A DNA stretch of 63,999 nucleotides, the filler included, from Octopus bimaculoides (taxonomy: Eukaryota), in NCBI RefSeq assembly GCF_001194135.2. It is 6 parts of 6 records of this genome, joined end to end, with 100 filler letters (N's around TTAATTAATTAA, not from the genome) between each part and the next. Parts side by side here need not be neighbours in the genome. Positions count along the whole stretch, not along the records: positions 1 to 27,122 come from NC_068990.1; positions 27,223 to 36,582 come from NC_068982.1; positions 36,683 to 51,876 come from NC_068997.1; 3 more parts are not named here. One strand, 5' to 3'. Every line of letters begins with the position of its first letter. Position 1 is the first letter of the stretch. The notes beneath the pieces are model-generated. The model searched no databases, was not told the DNA's origin, and was given only the letters and a program-made list of their open reading frames with translations. The position numbers were made by a program, and so were the translations under genes. Below, one piece after another: positions 1-37,851 of the stretch.

Positions 1-222
1 AAAAGACACCATTTCGAGCGTGGCCGTTTTCGTGCGGGTGACACGTAAAAGCACCCACTACACTCTCTGAGTGGTTGGCGTTAGGAAGGGCATCCAGCTG
101 TAGAAACTCTGCCAAATCAGACTGGAGCCTGGTGTTGCCATCCGGTTTCACCAGTCCTCAGTCAAATCGTCCAACCCATGCTAGCATGGAAAGCGGACGT
201 TAAACGATGATGATGATGATGA
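1..222 (+). mobile_element. RTE-clade LINE 3' end with (GAT)n tail
   Basis: Same tail (ggaagggcatccagctgtagaaac...catggaaagcggacgttaaacgatgatgat) as the copy at 17735-18302, which begins with the end of the RTE ORF. Confidence 0.8.
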
Positions 223-522
223 GTGGAATGCAACATTGACTTCACATGTATTTGAACTCAGAATATAAAGAGAAGCTAAATAGATATCATTAAATGCTAC
301 AAAGCACTTTAAATCGAACACAATGGATTCTGCCATCCATTTCGTCTCTGAATAGGAATCCATTGTTTTTTTACTGTTGTCCCCTAATCCTAATCCTTTC
401 TATTTATAGATACAAATTTTGGAGGAGGAGGAGGAGACATGTTTGAATACACTGACCACAGTGTTACACCCTAACAATAATAATAATAATAATAATAATA
501 ATCATAATAATAGGAGCAAGTA

Positions 523-745
523 GGCGTTGAGCTGGGTGAAACGTTAGGATGCTAGGTGGAATGTTAAGCGATATTTCGTCTGTCTATGTTTTGAGTTCAA
601 ATTCCACTGAGGTTGACTTTGCCTTTCATCCTTTTCGGGGTTGATAAATTAAGCACCATTTGCACATTGGGGTCACTCTAATCGACTGCCCCCCCTCCCC
701 AAAAAATTTCGGACCTTGTGCTTAGAGCAAAATAGAATAATAATA
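523..745 (+). mobile_element. tRNA-derived SINE, family B (gagttcaaattcc...actttgcctttcatcc...aagtaccag)
   Basis: B-box GTTCAAATTCC. Related copies near 1930-2050, 2735-2900, 9575-9770(-), 13141-13365(-), 18660-18815, 23610-23790(-), 48590-48700, 52369-52628 and 55875-56040. Confidence 0.8.
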
Positions 746-1015
746 GGTGCAAGAACAAATACCACAAGGTATTTTCCAAATGCAGAGATGCATTGTGTGT
801 ATGCATATGAGTGTATGTGTGTGTGCATATGTATAAGTGAGTGTCTGAGTGTGTGTATGAATGTGTGTGTGTGTGTGTGTGTGTGTGTAGTTGGATGCAT
901 AAAATTTAATGCTTCCATCACAGAGGTTGTGCTCTGAGTATGTAACCATCAACATTGGCTTTCATCTCCCTCGTTTGGTAGATGAAAGGTGGTGGGCGAC
1001 AAAAGATTGCTTTAC

Positions 1016-25033
<24,018 letters not shown>

Positions 25034-25429
25034 CTGGGAAAAAGTGAAAGATTATAATTGAATTTCTCACAGAATACAGGTAAAAAAGGATTGAAGTCTT
25101 TTAGAAATACAGTTTATTTTGACAAATTAGCATGAGAGACAACAGTGAAAATTCTCATAAAATAAATGTCTCAAATGTATATGTTAGGAACACACACACA
25201 CACACACACACAAGGATACTTAATATATAGGTGCAAACATGCTGTGTGATAAGAAGCTTGTTTCCCAACTACATAGTTCTGGGTTCAGTCCCAATGCACA
25301 GCACTTTGGGCAATTGTCTTCTACTATAGCGTTGGGCCAACCAAAGCCTTGTGAGACGATTTGGTAGAGAGAAACCGAAAGAAGCCCATTTTGGTCAGCT
25401 GAAAACACTTTTGATTTAAACTTGGCAGA

Positions 25430-25949
25430 TATGTGTCTTATGCCCAAATCTTCAGTGATAATGGACTGAACTGAACCGAACCGTAACTAATCTGCACATC
25501 CTCTGATAACTCACGGATGGTGATTCGACGATTTCTCCTCACAGCTGCACACACATCTATGATGGTTTCCTCAATTCTGCCGGTTGCAGGTCTCCCAGAA
25601 CGTTCGTCAATATTAACATTTTTTTGACCATCTTAGAAACGTCTGAACCCCTCTTACACTTGTGAGTGGCTCATAGATTCCTCTCCATACACTTTCTGCA
25701 ACTTTGCATAGGCCTCTGAGCAGGAATCACCATTATAACTTTCTCTGTCATGGCCAATGTGACAATCACACGCTACACACCTTCCTTCCGAACACTGCTG
25801 TAATCAGCAGAAGTGAGCAAGAATGTTAAGACTTAGTGCGAATGCACAATAGAGTTGAAAGTCAATCTGTGCCAAATGACTTTACTCTGTGTGCTTTAAC
25901 TTCGTTACTATGACAATAGTCCGGATACTTATTGACCAAACCTTGTATA
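25430..25949 (-). mobile_element. mariner-type transposon 5' relic (TIR plus HTH region)
   Basis: TIR-like ccggatacttattgaccaaaccttgta followed by TA; CSEAYAKLQKVYGEESMS...DERSGRP...RRNRRITIRELSED. Confidence 0.8.
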
Positions 25950-26399
25950 GTTGGTCAGAAGAGAGAAATTTAGCAGAGTTTTTTGGAGGGGGAAGACGTA
26001 ATTGACTCCAGTGACAGCTATCTCCACTTCTAACAATAGAGGAGAGCACAGCTCCAATAGTCTTGATTTGTTTATAAAGGTGTTGTTTAATGTTTACTGG
26101 TCAGTGATAAGGAAAAGGGTTGAGGTCAGGTCAACGTACCTTACTAAATTATCAAGAGTGTATGTGATGGAACCAATGCACAGTCTTTATCTTTGCAAAT
26201 GGGCAGAGCAGAGGGTGGTAAGAAGGAAGTGAGGGTGGGGAAGAGATGATAAGGAGAAAACAGAGATAAAGAAAGCCGACCCCCCTACCCACCCACCGTT
26301 ATCAATTACCATATAAGTAGAGGACGACTTTGAAAGATAATGGGATAAAGGTTATAAAGTAGGAGTGGGGATCACACCATGGGAATGAAAGGGTCAGCT

Positions 26400-26718
26400 T
26401 TCTTTATCTCCAACAGGAAATTTTGCATTAAACCTCTGAAGTCTGCTACAAAGACACTGAGCATGCTTCAGCAAGCTTACGGTTATGAGGCAATGGGTTG
26501 TACACTACATTTTGAGTGGTACCAATGCTTCAAAAGTGGAAGAACATCCCTGGAAGACGATGAGCGATCTGAGAGGCCCTGTTACGAGTGTCACCCCCAG
26601 AAATGTGGTACTGTGCATCATGAATTTGTTCCCCAGGGCCAGACCATCACTCAAAGGTTCTAAGGCAACATCTTGAAGCATTTGAAGAAGGATATGCAGC
26701 AAAAGTGACCAGATCTCG
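26400..26718 (+). mobile_element. Internally deleted mariner transposase relic
   Basis: FCIKPLKSATKTLSMLQQAYG...EWYQCFKSGRTSLEDDERSERP joined to VHHEFVPQGQTI (catalytic domain). Confidence 0.8.
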
Positions 26719-26878
26719 GAGTGGTTGGCATTAGGAAGGGCATCCAGCTGAAGAAACACTGCCAGATCAGACTGGAACCTGGTGCAGCCTCCTAGCTTCC
26801 CAGACCCCAGTCGAACCGTCCAACCCATGCCAGCATGGAAAATGGACATTAAACGATGATGATGATGATGATGATGAC
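26718..26878 (+). mobile_element. RTE 3' tail copy
   Basis: ggaagggcatccagctg...catgccagcatggaaaatggacattaaacgatgatgat. Confidence 0.8.
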
Positions 26879-27091
26879 GTATTCATAGATTTTTAATATG
26901 TTTTAATGACTGATACATTTGTATATTCAAAAACTGATATACATTGACCCATGGTGCAATATATATTTATATAAATTGTTGAACCTATTTGAACTCTCCT
27001 TAACAATTTTTATCTCTTGTGTCTCAGGCTTTTATCTAAGCACTTCAAACTACTGCCTATACAATACACAAAGAAATTTTACTATATAGAC

Positions 27092-27122
<31 letters not shown>

Positions 27123-27222
27123 NNNNNNNNNNNNNNNNNNNNNNNNNNNNNNNNNNNNNNNNNNNNTTAATTAATTAANNNNNNNNNNNNNNNNNNNNNN
27201 NNNNNNNNNNNNNNNNNNNNNN
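27123..27222. other. Assembly placeholder: 44 N + TTAATTAATTAA + 44 N (also 36583-36682, 51877-51976, 57015-57114, 62754-62853)
   Basis: Five identical 100-nt constructs. The 12-mer is palindromic with stops in all six frames, typical of an artificial contig linker. Confidence 0.95.
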
Positions 27223-27262
<40 letters not shown>

Positions 27263-27482
27263 TACAATATTTTGCATTAATACAAAGACTGTTTGGTATG
27301 TGTCACAGAGCCTTTATTATGTGCTCATTTCCCTTTAGAACCTCACTACGCCTTTGCATGCAGGAGTAGGTACAAACTGTATTATACAAAAGAAATTCTT
27401 AGAGGTCATCACCAACTGACCAGTGTACACAGAAGCATAATTATGTAGTGGACAGACACCACAACTATAACAGGACTTTTAC

Positions 27483-27542
27483 CTTAGTATATACGACTTT
27501 TTCCCGTTGTTGTTCATAAAGTTTTATATGACAGTTAACTAT
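27483..27542 (-). CDS. Candidate start-codon exon (ATG at 27517: MNNNGKKSYIL-), possibly the 5' end of the ABCC gene
   Basis: Acceptor actttacgatttcag, donor AAG|gtaaaa, in-frame TAA upstream of the ATG inside the exon. No homology evidence. Confidence 0.35.
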
Positions 27543-27729
27543 CTGAAATCGTAAAGTTATACATTTTCATTTTATATCGCTGATCGCCTGCCTTATTTTC
27601 TGTTATAGGTTTTCAATGTCACAACACTTGTCTTTGTATCTAAGTTATGGATTTCTTAAAGCATTCAATCTTGTATCTTAATTAATGGTACTTATGTTGG
27701 TACTTCATGTGCATTAAATAATATTGACT

Positions 27730-27910
27730 TCTTGACGGAAGTAATTTTCATACCTGTGTTTCCGAACTCAGCTGAAGAACTGTTTCGTTATCACGATATA
27801 TTTATAGCACCTAATATACGCAACATTCTTGACACTTTCGAAATTCCGCTTTCCACATCCGCTTTCTCGACAGTCGCTATACACTACAGTGATTTGCGTA
27901 CAGTTTATTA
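27730..27910 (-). promoter_or_regulatory. Candidate promoter / non-coding first exon
   Basis: Unique CpG-retaining sequence. Donor CAG|gtatga at 27752-27753, TATA-like CTATAAATA on the minus strand at 27799-27807, ETS-like CGGAAGT at 27736-27742. Confidence 0.3.
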
Positions 27911-28203
27911 CAAGTTCAGAATATGTAAGAAGCATGTAAATAGCATTGAAGTGTTTACAAGGTGGATTTCTCTGCTTTTATTTGCTAGAGTCATTGATCT
28001 AACAATAAATAGTTTTAAATATATAGGTTTATAAATAGTTTTCGATATACGGGCGTAGATGTGGCTGTGTAGTAAGAAGCTTGCATCCCAACCATATAGT
28101 ACCGGGTTCAGTCCCACTGCGTGGCACCTTAAACAAGTGTATTCTACTATAGCCTTGGTCTGCCCAAATCCTTGTGAGTGGATTTAGTAGCCCGTTGTAC
28201 ATG

Positions 28204-28990
28204 TATACGAGGGTCTATCCAAAAGAAACCGGAATTCTGCAATATTATTTTATTCACTTAGTTTTACATGTTAATATTTTTATCGCCGTCAAAGTATTCT
28301 CCGTTTGAAGCGATGCATCGGTCCAGACGCGTTTTCCACTGTTCGAAGCAGTGCTGGAACTCTTGCGAAGTGATGCCTTTTAACGCCTCCCTCGTTCTTT
28401 TTCTTCACCTCTTCCACATCTGCAAATTCCTTAGTATCAGCTTTCGCCACTAGTAATGACCTCCGAAAAAAGATCCAGATCAACTTCCAACTGTTCTTTC
28501 AGTTCACGACACGCATTCAGTCGAGATTGCTTTTGATTTTCTGTGAGCAAGCGAGGCACAAATTTTGCTGCAATTCTTTTCATCCGCAATTCCTCGCTCA
28601 AAATTCGTTGGAAGGAGGTCTAGGACACACCAGTCATATCAACAAGTTCGTCAATTGTTCGGTGACAGTCCTCCAAGATCAGTTCATGAATTTTCATGAT
28701 GTTTTCATTCGTTCGGGAGGTCAACGGTCGTCCTGAACAAGGTTGGTCTTCAAGCGACAAGTGACAATTCCTAAAGCGCGGAAACCACTCGTAAGCTTAT
28801 GTTTTGGTCATGGCAGCGGCCTTGTAAGCTGTTTGAGGCATGACAACTGTTTCGGCTGCCGTTTTCCCCAGCAGAAAACAGAATTTCACGGAAGCACGCT
28901 GTTCGTTCGTTTCAGCCATCGCAAAAATCTCAAAACAAGGAAGAACACAGCAAAACAAAGATGCACCACGTGGCAGTATAACCCTACTGT
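28204..28990 (-). mobile_element. Internally deleted mariner element (HTH retained, DDD domain removed, one TIR)
   Basis: TA+tacgagggtctatccaaaagaaaccgga TIR; ATG at 28919 MAETNEQRASVKFCFLLGKTAAET...AAKFVPRLLT...VITSGES, then a jump to FADVEEVKKK. Confidence 0.88.
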
Positions 28991-29308
28991 TTATACATGC
29001 ATTCATGCATACATACATACATACATACATAATCATTAGACTAAGGCCATGCCGAGGTACCACCTTGAAGAATTTTTAGTCGAATGAATCGACACCAGAT
29101 TTGACTTCTTTAAGCCTGTTCCTTATTCTATCAGGCGTTTTTGCTGAACCGCTAAGTTACGGGTACATAAACACACTACTGTCGGTTGTCAAGCTGATTG
29201 GGGACAAACACAGACATACAGACACGCACACACACACACGTACACACACATCTGACTGTGTTTGTCCTCAACCAACGCTTGACAACCGGTGGTAGTATGT
29301 TTATGTCC

Positions 29309-29357
<49 letters not shown>

Positions 29358-32249
29358 TTGAAGTGTACAGTATTATATATCCATTACGGCTGATCTTATC
29401 AGTTAGTTTCGCACAAGGAGTTCAACGGAGTGTTAGGTAAAAGTCCGATTATGTAACCCTGCACTCATCAGAGGTAGACGTTATAGAACAAAATATGGCG
29501 ACTGCTCTCTATTGTTGGGGGTGAATAGACACATCCGGTGTGTGGTTGTGTGTGAAAAAATGATGAAATGAATCGAGCAGGGGACTGAGCTAAGAGCTAT
29601 GTCTTTGGTACCAAAACAACCTCTCTGGGGGTGATTTTGTTGCAAATCGGCAAGGGTTTTCTGGAAAAAAGTTTTTGTGGGAAATGTGTGTCTTTAAGTT
29701 TGGTGTTCGTGTGGAAATGGAATATATGTAGTGGTACTCTATGTATAGCTTTTGCGGGGTGGGGCATACATAGCTGAGTTCGTTAATGTGCTTACGTTCA
29801 TTTATGTATTGGTTAAATTCGTGGGGCATTTATGTGTGCATGCTTTGTGTGTAGGGGTACAATGTATAGGAGATTATATTGGGGATAGTGGGAAAAAATC
29901 TCCTGGGTAGGTGTCCGACGTGCTGGGGTGTGCGTGTCTGTTTGTGAGTGCGTTAGTGTATGCTCTGGTCAAACTCTTTGCCGGACTCCCGGGTATTGAT
30001 GGAAGGCCGAAGTTGAGGGACTAGTGAATATAGTCATGATGGGGCACACAGGTATGATAGGATGTGCTTCTTTTCATGTGGGTAAGGATTAAAAATATCA
30101 CTTCTGCTATTGAGGTAAATGCCTGGGCGCTGGGTGCTTTTTAAAATCGCTCTCTTCTCAGCCAAACATAATCTGCACTTCCTGCGTTATACTAATACAT
30201 CTTTTCTCTCTTACTCTCTTACTTGTTTCAGTCATTTGACTGCGGCCATGCTGGAGCACCGCCTTTAGTCGAGCAAATCAACCCCAGGACTTATTCTTTG
30301 TAAGCTTAGTACTTATTATATCGNNNNNNNNNNNNNNNNNNNNNNNNNNNNNNNNNNNNNNNNNNNNNNNNNNNNNNNNNNNNNNNNNNNNNNNNNNNNN
30401 NNNNNNNNNNNNNNNNNNNNNNNNNNNNNNNNNNNNNNNNNNNNNNNNNNNNNNNNNNNNNNNNNNNNNNNNNNNNNNNNNNNNNNNNNNNNNNNNNNNN
30501 NNNNNNNNNNNNNNNNNNNNNNNNNNNNNNNNNNNNNNNNNNNNNNNNNNNNNNNNNNNNNNNNNNNNNNNNNNNNNNNNNNNNNNNNNNNNNNNNNNNN
30601 NNNNNNNNNNNNNNNNNNNNNNNNNNNNNNNNNNNNNNNNNNNNNNNNNNNNNNNNNNNNNNNNNNNNNNNNNNNNNNNNNNNNNNNNNNNNNNNNNNNN
30701 NNNNNNNNNNNNNNNNNNNNNNNNNNNNNNNNNNNNNNNNNNNNNNNNNNNNNNNNNNNNNNNNNNNNNNNNCCTGCGCCTTTGTTTTCTCCACCACTTG
30801 TCTTCGTCTTTTGCTTTTTTTGTGAATTCTCCCTATATATATATGTGTGTGTGTGTGTGCGTGTGTGTGTGTGTGTGTGTGTAGCGATGCATTAAAATAC
30901 TTATAAATTCCACCTTCGATTATTAGTACTATATATATATATATATATATATATGCATGCATATATGAGTTTTTTAAACATGCGGTAAAGATTAGATTTC
31001 GTTTATCGAAATATGATTATATCTAGTCTGTTGCAAAGTTCATAGTCACGTTTCAACACAAGATCATGATGGTATTACTTCTGAGGTTCGAGCTTAAGCA
31101 TCGCGAAATATTATCTCTAAGGAAGATTAAGTACTCTACAAATAGTTTGAGATGATATAAAAGGAGACCATAAGTCTGTTGAAGTTATAAAAGATCAACG
31201 GAAAAGAAAATAGCGATCAACAATCTGAATGGCCGGTGAAGTCAACAATGAACAAATCTTAAACTTGACAAATGGTCGTCTTCTGACATAGATTGACGCA
31301 TGCATGTTATCTGTCATTGCATTGTCGATGATTGAGATCAAACTTAGGCGTGTGTGTATGTGTACTTGTGTGTCAGTGTGTGTGTGCATGTTGTCTGTTT
31401 ATACACGTTCATATCTACACTGATACTCATTTTTCTATATTCCACTCTCTCACAGTCACTCTCATCCCCCTCTCTCTATGTATATATATGTGTGTGTGTG
31501 TGTGTCGTGCGTGTGTGTGTGTGTGTATGTGTGTGTGAATGTGTGTTTGTGTGTGTGTGTGTGCGTGTGTGTGTGCGTGTGTGTGTGTGTGTGTGAGAAT
31601 GTGTGTTTGTGTGTGTGTTATTGACGGTATATGGATTCATAAACTTCAAGAGAATGTGAAATAAGTCTTCTTTTGGAACACTATATCGCGAAGCAGATAA
31701 AGCTACAAATAATAGCTTGTAAATATTGGGTTGAAAAATCTTTTAGATTGGAACCTTCGACCTTATTAATTAATAAGGGTTTCTTGACCCAATAGTTACA
31801 GGGTATTATTTATAGCTGTACGTACTTCGATATCTACCGTCCAATAAAGAATATATATATATATACATATGCGTGTATTTGTAAATATGTGAGTTTCGTA
31901 TGCATGCATTATATATATATGCGTCTTTATGTGTCAGTATGTCACGCGCGCGTGCACGCACACACACATACACGAACATACACACACGGGCGCACGAACA
32001 TGCAAATCATTTTATTTATTGACACATGTGTAAGAGGTACAGTCTACATATACTCGTGTTTGTGTGCAGATGTTGTACAAGTACATTGTGAGATTTGACG
32101 TCTGAGAAAAAAATCTCATTTTATCATTTTATCATATACTATCGTGAAATTTGGTTTTAGCTTTTGTTTTAATTTTTGATATCATACTTATGTTCGTTCT
32201 CTAATTCCTATGTAAAGACAGATCTTCCAACACACAAGCTTTCTCTGTC

Positions 32250-32305
<56 letters not shown>

Positions 32306-35300
32306 GATATATATATATATATATACATATATATATTGCCTGTAGGACTGACGCTTGTAATGACATTTAAAAAGAAACTATACATCTCAACTAGTTTGAT
32401 CATATATGATTATACCTTAACTGTATTCAAGTAAATTCTTGTCATTAACTAGAAAGCTACTAGCTATTTTGTTCGTGAAATTATATGGTTTATAATAAAT
32501 GAATCACAACTGGAAATTACACTTGTTTAGTTATTCTACATCGGCAACTGCAGTAAAGCCTGTTTCAATGAGTGGGCTAATAAGAACTAATATGTATAGA
32601 GTTGTCCCCTAAATATATGAAAAGTATTAAAATATTCGGCACTGTGATAATGTTTTTTTTACTCACTCCATAATAATTTTTATTTTCCTTTTTGAAGTAT
32701 CTTGCTTTTAACTATTGTATGGTTTGTGGTTTCGTTTGCCATGGGATATTTGAAGGCCAATAATTTATTTCCAAAACTTTACGTTAATAACTTTCAAATA
32801 TATCTATTAGTATAATTGATATAATTAATTTAGGAGACTTCTATACCTGTGATTTTAATTCTGAACAAAATGACTCTCAACTTCTTATTTTGCTTTACTT
32901 TTTAATCTTCTGAGATCAAAATTTGCAACCGCCCACTTTGCTTTTCATCTCCCAGGAGTCAAGTAATACTCATTTATTAATTGGCTGCATTTACTCTATA
33001 CTTTCCAATGAGATAGCTTCTACATGATCGCTCGATCTGCTAGAACTATCGTACACTCTCTTTCAAGATACACACTGCCGTCTAGAAAAGGAGAGAGACA
33101 TTAGATAATGTAAATAGTTCAAACGCTGTAATTGGGGTGCTATCGTGTTGACTATGTTCGCTACAATGAAAATTTGTATAATTGAATACTTGTACCATGA
33201 AATTTTAACAAAACTTATTGTGTCGGTCAATTTTCTAATCTACTTTATCCGGATTTTTTAATGTTATTCCATTGAGTCGTCTGTTTTCTCTATAATCTCT
33301 ATGATTAAAGTCACAAAGAATGGCTTGCTTAAGTTATTGACAAGACAAAGGTACTGAGATTTCATTTAAACTAGATAAATCTTTTGTGTTTTACTTTGCT
33401 CTTTCTTTCTTTTCTGTGTTTTTTTTTTTTTGCATATCTTTTTTTATAAAAAAAAATATTCAACAGCAGTCTAGTATCTCGATAAAATGGACTGTTGGTG
33501 CGGTGATAACAAATCAAATGAAATTAAGCATTTACAAAATAGAAAGAGAAATACATCTTATAAACAATAAAATTATACACATAACAAACACTATTTAGTA
33601 GATGCAAAATAAAGATATCAGAAATTAGTAAATTGGAGACATAACGCAAATATTTGCAGGAGAGATATATACTCTATTCAATATCACAACCTTTATTCCG
33701 CCCTCTCTCTCTCCCCCTCTCTCTCTNNNNNNNNNNNNNNNNNNNNNNNNNNNNNNNNNNNNNNNNNNNNNNNNNNNNNNNNNNNNNNNNNNNNNNNNNN
33801 NNNNNNNNNNNNNNNNNNNNNNNNNNNNNNNNNNNNNNNNNNNNNNNNNNNNNNNNNNNNNNNNNNNNNNNNNNNNNNNNNNNNNNNNNNNNNNNNNNNN
33901 NNNNNNNNNNNNNNNNNNNNNNNNNNNNNNNNNNNNNNNNNNNNNNNNNNNNNNNNNNNNNNNNNNNNNNTCCGCCCTCTCTCTCTCCCCCTCTCTCTCT
34001 ATCTCTCTCTAACGTCCATCAATATGGGTTTTAAACAATCAGATTTACTGATGAACTACTTTCCTCTGTCGCCCACCATTTCTTGTCTTGGTTCTTGTCT
34101 TGGAGAAATTTAGTGAAAGCAGTGCTTTCGGCCTCTACATCAGGAATGCTTTCGGCCTCTACACCAGGAATGCTTTCGACTGTATCTAGCATGCGAATCT
34201 CCAATCGAAAGTACCCGCATACGGGCTTTGCCTGCCTCTATTCTCTTGGATCGGTTTATTCTATCAGATCGTGTATTATCGGAGCTCCTTTTTTTTCTCT
34301 CTAGTGTGTGTGTTTAAATGTATGTGTGTATGAGAGAGAAAGATAAGCAGTGCGCGCGTTTATGAGAGTGTCTTTGTGTCTGTGTTTGTCCCCCACTAAC
34401 GCTTGACAACCGCTGTTGGTGTGTTTACGTCCCGTAACTTGGCGTTTCGGCAAAAGAAACCGATAGAATAAGTACCAGGCTTAAAAAAAGATAAGTACCG
34501 GGGTCGATTCATGCGGTGCCCCAGCATGGCGACGGAAACAAGTAAAAGCTAAAAGATGTAATGTATCAGACATTGATAAATACTATTAAACATTTAGATC
34601 GGCCCCGACCGAGAATATTTATGATTAACGGTGACCATCCCATATATTTTATTTTCTCAAGCATAGTTTATATAGATCCATATTAGGCTGTTTGTCCTTT
34701 TTATTTCTAAGGCGACAAGGTGTGGTTTGAAGGATGCGTGTCTGTAATTTAGTGTAGCTTGAGGGACAATATAAAAGCTCTTTCGCCGGATCAACCACAA
34801 CAATGTATTTCAACTGGTTATTCGTAATGTCTTACGTTTAAGCTGGTTCCAATACATTTCCCTGAGGAGAAGTTTACATTTTTAACATCGCCGATTCCTA
34901 TGGATCGCATAAATTGTAATTCTTCGAAACATATGTCGGAATAAAAGTATGCAGTTATAACATGCGTTTACTCCATTCTTTAAATTTATATATACTCAAA
35001 TACCCAAAATATCAAGGAGTTTCTGCCTCACAAACAGGAGTTATACCACAGTTATTTTGTGATCTTTGCTACCCTGGTATCTATTAACCAATTTATTTTA
35101 TCCGAATTATCTTTAATAGGAGAAAATAAATACATATAATTAAATANNNNNNNNNNATGTCTTACGTTTAAGCTGGTTCCAATACATTTCCCTGAGGAGA
35201 AGTTTACATTTTTAACATCGCCGATTCCTATGGATCGCATAAATTGTAATTCTTCGAAACATATGTCGGAATAAAAGTATGCAGTTATAACATGCGTTTA

Positions 35301-35651
35301 CTCCATTCTTTAAATTTATATATACTCAAATACCCAAAATATCAAGGAGTTTCTGCCTCACAAACAGGAGTTATACCACAGTTATTTTGTGATCTTTGCT
35401 ACCCTGGTATCTATTAACCAATTTATTTTATCCGAATTATCTTTAATAGGAGAAAATAAATACATATAATTAAATATATATATATATATGAATTTACAGT
35501 GTAATATATGGATTCATAGAATCGTATAACAATCACGGAAACGGCCGTAAGCCTAAGGCTGACAAGTGGTTATATAAATATATCAACCTCTCACACCTCC
35601 AGATGTTTCTTATAGTTTATACTTGAGGGTGTACGTGTACATGTATGTGTA

Positions 35652-35725
<74 letters not shown>

Positions 35726-35793
35726 NNNNNNNNNNNNNNNNNNNNNNNNNNNNNNNNNNNNNNNNNNNNNNNNNNNNNNNNNNNNNNNNNNNN

Positions 35794-35828
<35 letters not shown>

Positions 35829-36255
35829 GGGGAGAGAGGGGAGAGAGAGAGGGAGAGAGAGAGAGGGAGAGAGAGAGTTGGGAGAGAGAGAGAGGGGAGA
35901 TAGAGAGGGAGGGAGAGAGAGAAAACTATAGTTGGAGGAGGAGAGATAGAGAGGGAATAATATGTACATAAGTCTTACATGCATACATATAAATGGCAAT
36001 TAAATTCACTGGATCAATCTTAAATAAAGTTAAGGCATAAAGAGGTAGGTAGGTAGGTAGGTAGGTAGGTAGGTAGGTAGGTAGGTAGGTAGGTAGGTAG
36101 ATTCATAGATAGATAGCCAGACAGACCGACAGACAGATAGACAGACAGATAGATAGAAGCACACATAATAAAATAAACAGATAATCAAAGATTGTCTAAT
36201 TAAATTACAAGGTTAAGTAACATACGATAATACCAACAAATAAATGTTGACCTGA

Positions 36256-36303
<48 letters not shown>

Positions 36304-37570
36304 AATGCACGACCCTATCAATCCACCACTGCGTCCACCTACGCGTCAGTCCATATATACATAAATATATATCCATATATATATATATATATATTATTTT
36401 GTTTAAAAGAGTTCCAACTCTGTCTGTTTTTTATGTTTTATTTGTATTCTTGTAAAATTAATGTGGGATATAGAATATGGAATATACAATATATGATATA
36501 AAAATGGATGGTACAATGAAATAAAGTATTGAATGTCTTATTGAATATATGGAATATGTCTTATTGAATAGATGAAATATTGNNNNNNNNNNNNNNNNNN
36601 NNNNNNNNNNNNNNNNNNNNNNNNNNTTAATTAATTAANNNNNNNNNNNNNNNNNNNNNNNNNNNNNNNNNNNNNNNNNNNNCCACCACCACCATCATCA
36701 TCATCATCATCATCAAAAACAACACAAATAATTATAGTAAGCCTAAAATCTAAAGCAAGCTGCAACTATAACAGCAATAACTATAGCAACGGTAACTATA
36801 GCAACAATAAGTACAGTAGTCGTAATAAAATATGCAAATATGAAAATATCATAACGTGAAATCCTAAGTTTGTGATACAAGACAAAATCTTAAACGAAAT
36901 ATTTCTAATTAATTAATATATTCTGTGTTTTTTTTTTCTCTTTGAAATGAAAAAGTTTAATCTTTGATTGTAACAAGATTGAACAGATTGTACTAATGAT
37001 AAAAGACTAATGAGTTGAGAGGTCAATTCGACATCTGTAACATGTCTGCAACACGTCTGTGCCACATCTGGCCTACGTCTGGGCTATATCTGTCATTATA
37101 TTTGTACTATGTTATATATGGTAAATCTATCTTTACGGCCTTCTTTCAGTTATTTAGAATGGTTTGAGTATGTATGTATGTATTTATGTATGCATGCATG
37201 TCTGTAGGTCTGTACGTATGTCTGTACGTATGTATGATTTCAGCAAGTTATATTTTGTCAGATAAATTCGCTCGTTCTTTTTTTCATTGTTTATCTTAAT
37301 CCTTTCCGAATTTATTGGATTTATGTGGAAAAATATTTGTATCGCAGCGTTTAATGGCATTTTGCAATTCTATTCTTCATCTACAACTTTTTTTTTTATC
37401 GTTTTAGAAATTTGAGTAAATTTCATTCCTCTTTCAAGTATGACGATGGAGTGTCAAGTTGAAAAAAAAATTGAACAAAGGAATTTATCTGACAACCCCA
37501 AACAATTCCTGAAACATGGCAAATCAGGGGGCGTGGGGCTCAATCATCCATTGGATATAAACTCTCCTTC

Positions 37571-37851
37571 AATTGGAGTAAAGATTGTTTGCTAACATAA
37601 CATGGCAGTCCTGGTTTAGGACGAATGTTGCTGTAATTTAGCCCCAGGAGACATCGTCTCCAACTGGCTATACGACACGATCTGTGCCCTTATATTTTCG
37701 AACAAAGGAATAAGGACACAGATCATGTCGTATAGCCAGCTAGAGACGATGTCTCCTGGGGCTAAATTACAGCAACATTCGTCTTAAACCAGGACTGCCA
37801 TGTTATGTTGGCAAACAATCTTTACTCCAAATTACTGTTGCTGAATATCTC
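37571..37851. mobile_element. Foldback family F1, centrally deleted copy 3
   Basis: Arms meet at ttttcgaacaaagg|aataaggacacag; apex absent. Confidence 0.85.

Noticed and set aside
181-955. Terminal ABCC exon within the first kilobase
   Set aside because: No ..EFD.P..LL-like peptide in any frame; the ORFs there are made of RTE tail, SINE and (GT)n sequence.
27167-27178. Recurrent palindrome TTAATTAATTAA (five times) as a biological motif
   Set aside because: Always centred in 44 N + 44 N; an artificial six-frame-stop contig linker.
34827-35476. Perfect 320-bp tandem duplication
   Set aside because: The two identical copies flank a 10-N gap, the signature of unmerged overlapping contig ends. 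The same pattern appears at about 56410-56494.
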